DNA of 64,000 nt from Camelus ferus. Its lineage: Eukaryota. The notes under the pieces are model-generated. The model did not search any database, was not told the origin of the DNA, and saw only the letters and a program-made list of their open reading frames with translations. This document shows positions 47,073 to 59,719 of this stretch, in pieces. Location: the NCBI RefSeq assembly GCF_009834535.1, contig NC_045696.1:72046001-72110000 (forward strand), in the 5' to 3' direction. Numbering within the stretch: position 1 is the first letter of the stretch; the number at the start of each line of letters is the position of its first letter. Made by a program: the position numbers and the translations under genes.

Positions 47073-47642
47073 ACATTCCACATCTTATTTATCCATTCAT
47101 CTGTTGACGGGAATTTAGGTTGGCTATTGTAAACAGTGCTGCCATAAATACTGGGGTGCATGTTACCTTTGGAATTAAGAGTTCCCTCTGGATATATGCC
47201 CAAGACTGGGATTGCTGGATCATATGGTAAGTCTATTTTTAGTTTTTAAAGAAATCTCCATACTGTTTTCCATAATGACTGCACTAAAACTAGATTCTCA
47301 CCAACAGTGTAGGAGGGTTCTCTTTTCTCCACAGCATCTCCAGCATTTATTGTGGACATTTTAATAATGGCCATTCTGACTAGTGAGGTAAAACTTCATT
47401 ATAGTTTTGATTTTCATTTCTCAAGTAGTTAGCCATATTGAGCATTTTTTCATGTGCCTATTGGCCGTTTGTATGTCTTCAATGGAAAAATTGCTTATTT
47501 AGGTCTTCTGCCCATTTTTTGATTGGGTTGATTATTTTTTTGTTACTGAGTTTGTATATTCTGGAAATTAAGCCCTTGTCATTTGCATTGTTTGCAAATA
47601 CTTTCTCCCATTCAGTAGGTTGGTTTTTCACTTTGTTCTCTT

Positions 47643-47681
47643 TGAATGAAAAGCCAGGAAAATGTCCTGGCTTTTCATTCA
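47643..47681. repeat. Perfect inverted repeat, 17-bp arms, 5-nt spacer
   Basis: tgaatgaaaagccagga-aaatg-tcctggcttttcattca. Confidence 0.95.
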
Positions 47682-50600
47682 GTTTTCTTTGCTGAGCAAA
47701 AGCTTATGTTTAATTAGGTCCCATTTGTTAACTTTTCCTTTTATTTCTGTTGGCTTGGTAGACTGCCCTATGAGAACATTGTTAAGATTTATGTTAGAGA
47801 ATGTTTTGCCTGTTTTCTTCTAAGAGGTTTATAGCGTCTTGTCTTATGTTTAAGCCTTTAAGCCATTTTGAGTTTATTTTTGTGTATGGTGTGAGGGAGT
47901 GTTCTAACTCCACAGATTTTCATGCAGGTGTCCAACTTTCCCAATACCACTTGCTGGAGAGGCTGTCTTTTCTCCATTGTACATTCTTGATTCTTTGCTG
48001 AAGATTAATTGACCATAGGTGTGTGGATTTATTTCTGGGCTCTCTATTCTGTTCCATTGATCCATAGTGTCTGTTTTTGTGCCAGTATCATGCTATTTTG
48101 ATTACTGTAGCTCTGTAGTATTGTTTGAAGTCTGGGAGGGTTATTCCTCTACTGTTTTTCTTTTTCTTGAGTATTATTTTGGCATTTCTGGGTCTTTTGT
48201 GGTTCCATGTAGATTTTAGGATTATTTATTCTAGTTCTGTGAAAAATGTCCCAGGTAATTTGACAGGAATTACATTAAATCTGTAGATTGCTTTGGGTAG
48301 TTTTGCCATTTTAATAATATTCATCCTTCCAATCCAAGAGCATGAGATATCTTTCTACTTCTTTAAATCACCTTTAATTTCTTTAATCAACGTTTTATAG
48401 TTCTGTGTATAAGTCTTTCGCCTCCTTGGTCAGGCTTAGGTATATTATTGTTTATGTGATTTTAAAAGGGATTTTTAAAAACTTTTCTGATATTTTATTG
48501 TTAGTGTAACAAAATGCAACAGACTTCCGTATGTTAACATTGTATCCTGCAAATTTGCTGAATTCATTTATTCTAGTAGTTTTTGTGTGGAGTCTTTAGG
48601 GTTTTCTCTATGTATTATCATCTCATCTACATATAGTGACAATTGTATCTGTTCTTTTCCAATTTGGATGTCTTATTTCTTTTTCTTGTTTGATTGCTAT
48701 GGCTAGGACTTCCAATACTATGTTGAATAGAAGTGAGAATGGGCATCATTGTCTTGGTCCAGATTTTAGCGGGAAGGCTTTCAACTTTTCACCATTGAAT
48801 ATTATGTTGGTTGTTGGTTTGTCATAAGTAGCTTTTATTAGTTGAGATATGTTCCCTCTATACCCATTTTGGTAAGAGTTTTTTTCATAAACGGTGTTGA
48901 ATTTTATCAAAAGCTTTTTCTGCATCTATTAAGATGATCATGTGATTCCCCCCCCCCCTTTTGTTGATGTGGTGTCACATTAATTAGTGTATGTTGAACC
49001 ATCCTTGTGTCCCTGGGATGAATCCAACTTTTAAATATAGTGTATAATTTTTTAATGTATTTTTGGATTAGGTTTGCTAATATTTTGTTGAGAATTTTTG
49101 CATCTACATTTATCAATGATATTGGCCTGTAATTTTCTTTCTTGGTAGTGTCTTTGTCTGGTTTTGGTGTCAGGATAATGGTGGCTTCATAGAATAAGTT
49201 TGGGAGTTTTCCCTCCTCTTCAATCTTTTGGAAGAATTTAAGAAGTATTGGTATAAATTCTTTCTATGTCTGGTCAAATTCCCCAGTGCAACCATCCGGT
49301 CCTGGGATTCAGTTTTGGTGGAATCTGTTTCTGGAAACTTGTCCATTTCTTCTAGGTTGTCCAATTTGTTGCTGTATAGTTGTTCATAGTAATCTCTTAA
49401 GTTTTTTGTTTTTTTTTGTTTTTGGTATTTCTGTGATGTTGGTTGTAATTTCTCCATTGTCATTTCTTATTTTGTTTATTTGTGTCCTCTCTTTTCTTCC
49501 TGGTGAGGCTGGCCAGAGACTTTTTAATTCTGTTTACTGTTCCAAAAAGCCAGCTCTTAGTTTGACTGATTTTTTCTTACTTAAAAAAAAAAACAACTCT
49601 ATTTTATTTATTTCCTCCCTGATATTTATTATTTTTACCCTTCTGCTAACTTTAGGTTTTGTTTGTTCTTCTGCTTCTAATTCTTTTGGAGGGTAGGTAG
49701 GTTGTTTATTTCAGATTCTTATTTTTTGAGAAAGGCCTGTATTAATTGAACTTCACTCTTAGGACTGCTTTTGCTGCATCCCATAGATTTTGTGTGGTTA
49801 TGTTTTCATTGTCATCTATTTAAGGTATATTTTAATTCCCCTTGATTTCTTCATTGACCCATTGGCTTTTTAGTAGCATGTTGTTTAGTCTCTATGCAGT
49901 CTTCCCTCATTTTTCTTTGTGATTGATTTGTAGTTTCATGCCATTTACTCAGAAAAGATGCTTGAAATAATTTCTATCCTCTTGAATTTGTTGAGGCTTG
50001 TTTTGTGTCTGAGTATGTGGTCTCTCCTAGAGAATGTTCCATGTACACTTGCAAAGAATATTTATTCTGTTGTCTTTGGATGTAATATGTCTTATTGATT
50101 ATCCATCTGGAAGATCTGTCCAGTGATGTTACTAGGGTGTTAAAATCTCATACTATTATTGTATTTCCATCAATTTCTCCTTTTATGTGTTAGTATTTGT
50201 TTTATGTATTTAGGTGTTCCTATATTGGGTGCATATATGTTAATGAGTGTAATATTCTCTTCTTGTATTTCTTCACTTATCATTATATAGTGTTCTTCTT
50301 TACCTTCCTTTATGGCCTTTGCTTTAAAGTCTATTTTGTCTCTTTAAGTATTAACTGCCACCACATCCTTGTCATTTCCATTTGCATGAAATATATTTTT
50401 ATATCCTCTCACATTCAATCTATGTGTGATAGCCTTATGAGGGTTCCATTGTAACTAACTCTTTGTTTTTCTCTTGCTGCCTTGAGAGTCTTTTCTTTGT
50501 CTTTAAATTTGGCCATCTTAATTATAATGTCTTGATGTATGTCTGTCTGAGTTCATCTTGTTTGGGACCCTCTGTGCTTCTAGTACCTGGAAATCTGTTT

Positions 50601-53600
50601 TCTTCTTTAGGTTTGAGAAATGTTCAGACATAATTCCTTCAAATATGTTTTTCACCCCCCCTCCCCCACCACTTCTCTTTCTTCTGGTACCCCTATTATA
50701 CATAGATTGGCATGCTTTCTGTTATCCCATAGGTACCTTAAATTGCTTCCATTTTCTTTTCCTTTTTTCTTTTCTTTTTCATTTTATATTTCATGTCTCT
50801 CTGTCTGCTGTTCTAACTGGGTGATTTCCATTATTCTATCTTCTAAATTATTCATTCTTCTGCATTATTTTGTCTGCTATTGATTGCCTTCAGCTTGGCT
50901 TTTACCTCAGCAATTGAGTTTTCTGATTTTAATTGGCTCCTCTTTATTGTTTCTATTTACTTTTTATAGGATAATGCATTTCTATCAACAGTCTCTTATT
51001 TCCTTCAGTGCTTTTATCATCTCCTTTTTGAACTTAGGTTCTGGTAGACTATAGAAGTCTACTTCATTGTTTGCTCTTTCAGGAAACTTCTTTTGTTCTT
51101 TTAATTGGGAGTGGTTTCTCAGCTTCTTCATTTTACTTTATTTCTCTCACTATGAATTTAGGAGTAACAGTTATCTACTATAGTCTTGAAGGACTGTTTG
51201 CATGTGGGGGTGTCCTTGTGTAGACTGTGTGCATTTGATATTTTTGTTGCAAGGGCTGTTTTTAGTATTAATAGCCCCCACATCTTTCTTGTGTGTGTGC
51301 TGGCTGTTATCCCCTTGATTGGGGGTGTGACTGGTGTTGTGGTGACCAGAGCCTGCACTGGTTAAGTAGGGCCTCCTCTTTGCTCTGTGGTTATCCTAGC
51401 CCTGTTAGAGGTTGGGTCTGCTCCCCTGTTATTGGAATAGAGGCCCCCAGATCCATTTCAGAGCTATGGTGTGTGGTAGGCAGGACTGCAGTGCTTCCAC
51501 TGGGTGAGGAGCTGCTGAGTATTCCTCTGCAGGAGATGTACACAAGGAAGTGCCCTCTAGTATTGCCTGTCATTCACTGCAGAGGGGTGGGGTGGGTGCT
51601 CACAAAGTACACTTTGTTGATGCTGCCTTTGTCTCTGCCTCAGCTGTAGGAATGCTGGTAACCCACTCTGGTGTCACCCAGGCTCCGCAGGCACAAAGCT
51701 GTGAGTGCAGACCTGATAGTTTCAGATACCATAACCTGCTGTTGTGCATGTGCAGTCATGCACCCAGATCCACAGCGTATTTATTTTTAATGTTGTTCTC
51801 CTTTTAACCTTTATAATTGTTTAATATACTGTTCTTAAAGTATTCTATTTATCACCTTAATTTTGTGTACTTTTGTCTTTTCATCTTGAAGAGCTCCTAT
51901 CAACATTTCTCATGAGGGAGGTATGGTGGTGGTAAACTACCTCGGGTTTTGTCTGGGAAAGCCTTCATTTCTCCTTCATATGTGAAGGATAACTGCTGGA
52001 TAGAGGCTTCTTGACTGACAATTTTAATCTTTCAATACTTTGAATATATCACTCCACTCCCTCCTGGCCTGTAGAATTTTTGCTGAGAAATTTGCCAATT
52101 GCATAATGCAGGTTCCTTTGTAGGTTACTGCCATTTTTAACTGGCTCTTTAAAAATTCTTTATCAGTCATTTTAACATTTTTAATGTTTTTTGGAGGTCT
52201 TTTTTCATTGAGGTAAGTGTTCTGTTAGCTTTGTGGACTACTATATTTAGTTCCTTACTCAGTTTTGGAAAGTTCTCAGCTATTTCTTCAAGCATGCTCT
52301 CTGCTTCTTCTGGAATACCCCTTAATCCTATGTTGGCTTTTATAATGAAGTCAGAAAGTTCTTGTAAGTTTCCTTCCCTTTAAAAAACTTAGTTCTCTCT
52401 CTTCTTCCACATGAAACACTTCTATATTGCTATCTGTGAGATCACTTATTCTTTCCTCCATCTGATCTGCTCTATTTCCAGTGCTCAGTCTTTATCTCAT
52501 TTATTGACTTCTTAGGCCCCAGAATTTCTTTTGTTCTTTTTAAAAATTTCAATCTTTTTGGTAAAGTACTCCTTCTGTTCATTAATTTTATCACTGAAAT
52601 CATTGTATTACTTTTCTGAGTTTTCTTGTAGCTTACTGAATTTCTTCATAACAGCTAGTTTGAATTCTTTATCAGTTAAATCATAATATCCCACGTCTTT
52701 GGGTTCAGTTTTGGTAAAATTGTCATCTTCTTCTGTGATATTGTAATATCATGATTTTTCAGTAGTGTATGATAAAAAGTACCTCTGTCACTCCATTTGA
52801 AGTAGAGAACACCTTTTTAATTTAGGTAAGGCTTTGTTTACTTTGATTCTAACAGTTAAACAGGTTGGTAATTAGGAATCTTCCTTTTGTTTTTCAGAAT
52901 ATGACACTATAGCACAAGTTTTTTATTTCTCTTCCCAAAGATGACTGACTACTAAGGTTGGGAGTGTGCGTGTAAGAAAAAAGCTGGCAGAGAGAAAAGG
53001 AAGAAAAAGGGTAACAGCAGGGTTGGGGTAGGTGTATGCTTGGCATTTGGGGCTTTGGGTGTGTACACAGATGGGTAGGGGGATCCTTGATTGTGTGAGG
53101 GGATCTCAGAGGTCTGTGGGCAGACAGCAGGAAGTGCATCCTTTCATTTCTCTTTGCCTTTTTATTTTTCCCTTCCCTCGTCCCAGTCACTGCAAGGAGG
53201 GTAATGGGCTCCTCCAGCTGGAGCATGTGTGGCCATTAAGACCCCTCACTTTCCACCTTTAAACTCCACCTCCAGGAGGAAGGTCATGCCGGCTGCTGGC
53301 CCACCGTTGCCCCTCCTGCCACTACGCTACTGGGTCCTCAGCCTCCTCTTAGGTTCACCCACTTTTGGGTGAACAGATGGATGGATCTCTCAGGTAGTCT
53401 GGTGTGTTCTGCAGGGGTACTTATTTGGGTTTGGGTTATCAAATTAGTTGTCAATCAATGGGGAAGGGAAAAGGAAATGACTCAAGCTGCCATGAGGGTA
53501 ACATCACCCCTCCTGATACACTAAAATTTTATTAAGGATTTTACATCCATGTTCATGAGAGGTGTTAGTCTGTATTATTTTTTTCTATAATGCCTATAAT

Positions 53601-54540
53601 GTCTTTATCAGGTGTTGATAATAGGGTATTGGTATTAGGGTAATCTTGGGCTCATGAGTTATGAAATATTCCCTCTGATTCGATCTTCTGAAAGAGACTG
53701 TAGAGAATAATTTCTTCCTTAGATGTTTGTTAGAATCTACCAGAGAACCCATCTGGGATTGCTGCTTTTGTTTTGGAAGGTTATTAATGATTGATTCAAT
53801 TTCTTTAGGACTATTCAGATGGTCTATCTCTTCTTGTGTGAGTTTTGGTTAATTGTGTCTTTAAAGTAATTGGTCCATTTAATCTAGGTTATCACATTTG
53901 TGGCAACAGAGTTCATAATATTCCTCTATTCTACTGTTAATGTCTTTGGAATCTGTAGTGATATATCCTCTTTTGTTTCTAATATTAGTATTTATGTCCT
54001 TTTTCTGTCATTTAGCCTGGCTAGAGACTTATCAATTTTATTGATCTTATCAAAGAATCAAATTTTAATTTCATTGATTTTTTAAAATTGATACCTGCTT
54101 TAATTCTTATTCTTTTGCTCACTTTTGACTTAATGAGCTCTTATTTTTCTGCTTTCCTAAGGTGGAAAATAAGATTATTGATTTTAGATCTTCTTTTCTT
54201 ATATATGCATTTTCTTCTTTTCTAATATAAGCATTGCTTTTGCAGCATCCCACAAATTTTGATAAGTTGTGTTTTCATTTAGTTCAAAATATTTTTAAAA
54301 ATTTCTTCTTTGACCCATGGGTTGCTTAATCTCCATATATTTTAGGATTTTCCAGTTATCTTCCTGTTACTGTCTTCTAGTTTAATTGTACCGAAGTCTG
54401 AAAGCAGACATTACATGATTTCTGTTTTTAAATTTGTTAAGGTGTTTTATGTCCCTGAACGTGGTCTATCTTGGTGAATGTTTCATGCGAGCTTGAGAAG
54501 AATTTGTATTGTTGTTGGATAAGTAAGTCTTTAGATGTCC

Positions 54541-56465
54541 TCAGTTTAAGGAACCTCCATACTGTTCCATGCTGGTCACACAATTCCAGTCCCACCAACA
54601 GTGTAGGAAGGGCCTTTTTACTCCACAGCCTCTCTAGTATTTATTATTTGTAGACTTTCTGATGATGGCCATTCTGACTGGTGTGAAGTTACATCTCATT
54701 GCAGTTTTGATTTGCATTTCTCAAATAATTAGCGATATAGAGCATCTTTTCATTTGTCTGTTAGCCATCTGTATGTCTTCTTTGGAGAAATGTATATTTA
54801 GGTATTCTGCCCATTTTTTGTATTGGGCTGGCCGTTTTTATATCTACCTGCATGAGCTCTTCATATACTTGAGAAATTAACCCCTTGTTGGTCACATCAT
54901 TTGCAAATATTTTGTCCCATTCCATAGGATGTCTTTTCATTTTATTGATGGCTTCCTTTGCTGTGCAAAATCTTTTAAATTTAATTATAACCCATTTGTT
55001 TATTCTCGCTTTTGTTTCCATTACACTAGGAGATGTATCTAAAAATATATTGCTGCAATTTATGTCAGAGTGACATGCCTGTGTTTTCCTCTAGGAATTT
55101 CATAGTATCTGGCCTTACATTTGTGTCTTTAATCCATTTGAATTTATTTTTGCACATGGTGTTAGAGAATGTTCCAATTTAATCCTTTTATATGTAACTA
55201 TCCAGTTTTCACAGCACCAGTTATTGAAGAAAGTGTCTTTTCTCCATTGTATGCTCTTGCCTCTTTGTTGTAGATTAATTGACCATAACTGCACAGCTTT
55301 ATTTCTGGGCTTTCTATCCTGTTCTGTTGAACTATGTGTCTGTTTTTGTGCCACTGGCATGCTTTTTTCATTACCATAGCTTTGTAGTATAGCCTGAAGT
55401 CAGGGAGCATGATTCCTCCAGCTCTGTTCTTTCTCAACATTGTTATGGGTTTCCATACAAATTTTAACAATTTTTTGTTTCAATTCTGTGAAAAATATCA
55501 TTGGCAATTTGATAGGGATTGTACTGAACCTGTAGATTGCCAGGGGTAGGCAATATGGTCATTTTAACAATAGTAATTCTTCCAATCAAAGAACATGGTA
55601 TATCTTTCCATCTGTTTTGTTTCCTCTTCAATATCTGATCAGTGTCTTATAGTTTTCAGACTACAGATCTTTTGCCTCCCTAGGTTTATTTCCAGGCATT
55701 TTATTCTTTTTGATGTGATGGTAAGTGAAATTCTTTCCTTAATTTCTCTTTGCAACTTTTCCAAATTCATTGATGAACTCTAGTTTTCTGGTAGCATCTT
55801 TATGATTTTCTATGTATAGAATCATGTCATGTGCAAAAAGTTACAGTTTTACTTCTTCTTTTCCAATTTGTAATCCTTATATTTCCTTTTTTTCTGATTG
55901 CTGTGGCTAGGACTTTCTAAACAATATTGAATAAAAGTGGTCAGAGTGGGCATCCTTGTCTTATTCCTGATCTTAGAGGGAATGCTTTCTGCTTTTCATT
56001 GTTGGGTATGATGTTAGCTGGAGGTTTGTCAAATATGAGCTTTATTATGTTGAGGTGTGTTCCCCCTATGCCCACTTTCTGGAGAGTTTATATCATAAAT
56101 GGATGTTGAACTTTATCAATCAAAAGCTTTTTCTGCATCTTTTGAGATGATCAGATGGCTTTTATTCGATTTATTCATGTGGTGTATCTTTGAAATAAAT
56201 CCCACTTGATCATGGTATATGATCCTTTTAGTGTATTGTCGGAGTCAGTTTACTAGTATATTGTTGAGGGTTTTTGCTTCTGTGTTCATCAGCGATACTG
56301 GCCTGTAATTTCCTTTGTGATATCTTTCATTTTGGTTATCGGGGTGATGTTGGCCTCAGAGAATGAGTTCAGAAGTGTTCCTTTCTCTGCAATTGTTTGA
56401 AATAGTTTCAGAAGGATAGGTGTTAACTTGTCTCTAATTGGTAGAATTTACTTGTGAAGCCAATA
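54541..56465 (-). mobile_element. L1 ORF2 segment truncated at both ends
   Basis: ORF2 remnants ([22 protein letters not shown]); flanking repeat tagatgtcc at 54532-54540 and 56466-56474; no 3' UTR or poly(A). Confidence 0.85.
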
Positions 56466-57679
56466 TAGATGTCCATTATACCCAGCTGATTGATGATGAT
56501 GTTTAACTGTATCCTTCCTGATTTTCGGCCTGTTGGATCTATCCATTTCTGATTCAGGGTATTGCAATCTCCAACTCTGATAAAATTGCAAAGAGAAATA
56601 TGTAAATTCACTGTTTTTGCTTCACATAGTTTGATGCTCTGTTGTTAGACACATACACATTAAAATTGTTTTATCTTTTCAGAGAATTGATCCCTTTATC
56701 ATTATTTAATGCCCTTCTTTATCACTGATAACTTTCCTTGCTTTTAAGTCTGTTCTTGAAAATTATATAGCTGGTCTTAATTTCTTTTAATTAGCATTAG
56801 CATGGTATATTTTTCTCTGTCCATTTATTTTAAATCTATACATGTCTTTACATTTAAATTGGGTTTCTTGTAGACCACATACAGTTGGGATCTTGGTTTT
56901 TGATCCACTCTGACAATCTCTATCTTTTAATTGGTACTTTATTGGTACTTTAGACAAATGACATTCAAAGTGATTACTGATCAGTTGTATCTATCTATCA
57001 TATTCATTACTGTTTTCTATTTGTTGCTCTTGTCCTTTGTTTCTATTTTTGTCTTTCATTCTTTTTCTAGCTTTTATAGTTTTCAACATTTTCTACAATG
57101 CCAGTTCTCTCCTTTCTTAGCATATTAGTTATACATTTTTCCACTTTTATAAATATAGCTAATCCAAGTTAACTTTCAGATAACACTTCCCAGTTAGCTT
57201 ATCTTACTGTAACAAAATAATCCTAAATCCTTCCTGTCCTTTGTATCACTGCTGTCAGTCATTTCACTTATAGATAAGCATGCACACACACATATATCTG
57301 CCTACATAAACGTTCATAACATATATACATAAGTATACATATCAAATACATTGTATGTGGAACAAACTTTATCTGTTAGATTAATTAAGTATAAGAAAAG
57401 TGTAAGTTTTTACTTTACCTTCACTTACTCCTTCTTCACTGTTCTTCCTTACTTTATGTAGATTTGAGTTCTTGACATATATTTCATTCCTTTTCTCTAA
57501 AGAACTTCTTTTAACATTTCTTGCATGGTGAACCTACTGGCAACAAATTCCATCACGTTAAAAAAAAATATGGAGTGGCTCTATAATCCACATAAGATTT
57601 TTAAGTTTTATTGATGTATAACTTAGATGGTAATTCCATCAATTTTTGTTTGAGAAAGTAGTTATTTCTCCTTCACTTT

Positions 57680-57805
57680 AAAAAGTATTTTTTGGAGGGT
57701 AGAGGACATATTTATTTATTTATTTTTAATGGAGGTAATGGGTATTGAACCTAGGGCCTCATGCATGATAAACATGGACTCTACCACTGAGCTATACCTT
57801 CCCCA
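57680..57805 (-). mobile_element. Vic-1-like SINE nested in L1
   Basis: tttaatggaggtaatgggtattgaacctaggg...ctaccactgagctatacc; TSD ctccttcacttt (57668-57679) / ctcctttgcttt (57806-57817). Confidence 0.87.
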
Positions 57806-58579
57806 CTCCTTTGCTTTTGAAAGAATAGTTTTGCAGGGTACAGAAATCTAGGTTGGTGATATTTTTCTCTCAACATTTTAAATCACTCTATTTCTTGCTT
57901 GCTTGCCTGGTTCCTGAAGAAAAGTAAGAGGTAATCCTTATCTTTGTCTGTTGGTAAAATGTTTACCTCTGGCTTTGTCCAGATTACTTTTTTCATTACC
58001 TTATTTTCCATAGTTTGAAAATGCCTAACTGTAGCATTTCTGGCATGTAACTTGCTTCATGTTCTGAGTTTCCTGGATCTGTGGTTTGGTGTCTGACTTT
58101 AATTTTGAGGAAAATCTGTAGTTATTGTTCAAATATTTCATCTCTTTCTTTCTCTGTTTCTTCTTTAGGGATTACCATTATATGTATACCTTCTGCATTT
58201 GTCCCATAGTACTTGGATATAGTGTTATTTTTCCCCTTCATTCTTTATCTTTACTTTTCAGTTTTTGAGGATTCTGTTGATATATACCCTAGTCAGAGAT
58301 TGTTTTGTCAGCTATGTCCAGCCTACTAATAAGCCCATGAAAGGCATTCTTCACCTCTTTTCCTGTTTTTAAATCTCTAACATTTTTGTTAGGATTTCTC
58401 TTTGTTTATATTGCCCATTTTTGCAGGTATCTATATCACCAATTAGAGCCTGTAGCATATTAATTATAGTTGTTTTAACTTCTCAGCCTCAGAACTCCAA
58501 CATCTCTGTTATGCCAGATTCTGATGTTTGCTCTCTCTTCAAATGCTTTTTGCCTTTCAGTGTGGCTTTCAATTTTTTT

Positions 58580-58778
58580 AAATTATTTTTTATTGAAGTG
58601 TAGTTGATTTACAATGTTAGTTTCAGATGTATAGCAAAGCAATTCAGTTTTACATATACACACACACATACATATTTTCAGATTTCTCCATTGCAGCTCA
58701 TTACAAAAAATTGAATACAGTTCCCTGTACTATACAGCAGGGCCTTGTTTATTTTATATATAGTAATATGTATCTGCT
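58580..58778 (-). mobile_element. Short L1 3'-end insertion
   Basis: ttttattgaagtgtagttgatttacaatg...gttccctgtactatacagcag. Confidence 0.8.
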
Positions 58779-59719
58779 AATTTTTTTTACTGATAGCTGG
58801 ATATGATGTACTGGGTAAAAGTAACTGATGTAAATAGGCCTTACTAATGTGGTGCTAAGTTGTCAGGGGAGAGGAAGTATTCTATAATTCTATGATTAGG
58901 TCTCAGTCTTTTAGTGAGCCTATGTTTCAACTTTATAACTGTTTCTAAATCCCCTCCCTTAGGTGGGACAGGATGGCTGGTCTGGAGTTGGACATTTATT
59001 TCCCTCCCCCATCCTCGAGAGGTCCTAATAATCTCCCAGCAGGTGAGGCTATGGTTAACGAGTTTCCCTTGAGGGCAGATCTTATTAAGAACAGAGTGCT
59101 CAGGCATATTTCAAAATGGTTACTACTCTTCCCTCAACCCAGAAGCATAATGAGGTTTCACTATTTACTGTGGGACTCTGATCAAGCTCCTAAACGTAAA
59201 TCACAATTGTTTAGGGGGGGGGGCCTCATTATGACTAGCTTTTTAGATTTTAATCCTCAAACTTTTCCACAATGAACCTACAATGATTCACCAACCACAG
59301 TTCACTTACCACTGGCTCCCGTTTTGGGTAGTGCTCTGGTAAGCTGTGACTCCCTGTATTTACCCATCTCTCCAATATTAGAGGCTACAGCTTGCCCTCT
59401 GGCCTCACTTCTCTCATGGATCCAAGAAGAGTTGTCAATTTTTCAATCTGTTCAACTTCTTACTTGCTGTTAGGGCAGCACTAGAAACAAAGCCTCAACA
59501 TGCACTTGGAAGATTCATAAAGTTATATAAATTGTTGGGTTTTAATATATCCCTAAGTTTGAAATCATACAGAGTATATTCTGAGTATAACAGAATTACA
59601 AATCAGTTAAAAATAGTATATCCCCCAAGTACTTGGAAATTAAACAATTTATAAATTAGTAATTAATCACTAAAATACTTAGAAAGCTTAATTACTTAGG
59701 TTGCATAAAGCTTAATCAC

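Larger units (their letters stand above)
46560..51780 (-). mobile_element. Younger lineage-specific L1, near full length with internal deletions, inactive
   Basis: 3' UTR of the same family as 19247-20447; ORF2 remnants ([39 protein letters not shown]); ORF1 remnant (EAQRVPNKMN); GC-richer 5' UTR ~51290-51780; many stops and frameshifts. Confidence 0.88.
42190..53514 (-). mobile_element. Near full-length degenerate L1MA-type element in two pieces (~42190-46555 and ~51785-53514)
   Basis: 3' UTR at ~42190; ORF2 remnants (EGTYLNIIKAIYDKPTANI; IFQANGNQK); ORF1 ~51850-52800; L1 5'-end motif ctcaagctgccatga...catcacccctcc at ~53482-53514. Confidence 0.8.
41365..59490 (-). mobile_element. Old L1 (L1MC/MD-like) host element, fragmented into ~41365-42175, ~53520-54540 and ~56466-59490
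   Basis: The L1 sequence is collinear across the gaps (gatttgttaat -> ctaaaattttattaaggatttt; tagatgtcc -> tagatgtccattata). ORF1 and 5' UTR-like sequence lie at ~57600-59490. Confidence 0.65.

Noticed and set aside
53584..56941. Short tandem duplications (ctataatg x2 ~53585; ~24-bp unit ~54189-54236; attggtacttt x2 ~56930)
   Set aside because: Ordinary slippage duplications in dead L1 sequence
8131..57805. tRNA-like A/B-box sequences (7 copies) as tRNA genes
   Set aside because: They have A-rich tails, TSDs and mutual divergence, which marks them as SINEs rather than functional tRNAs
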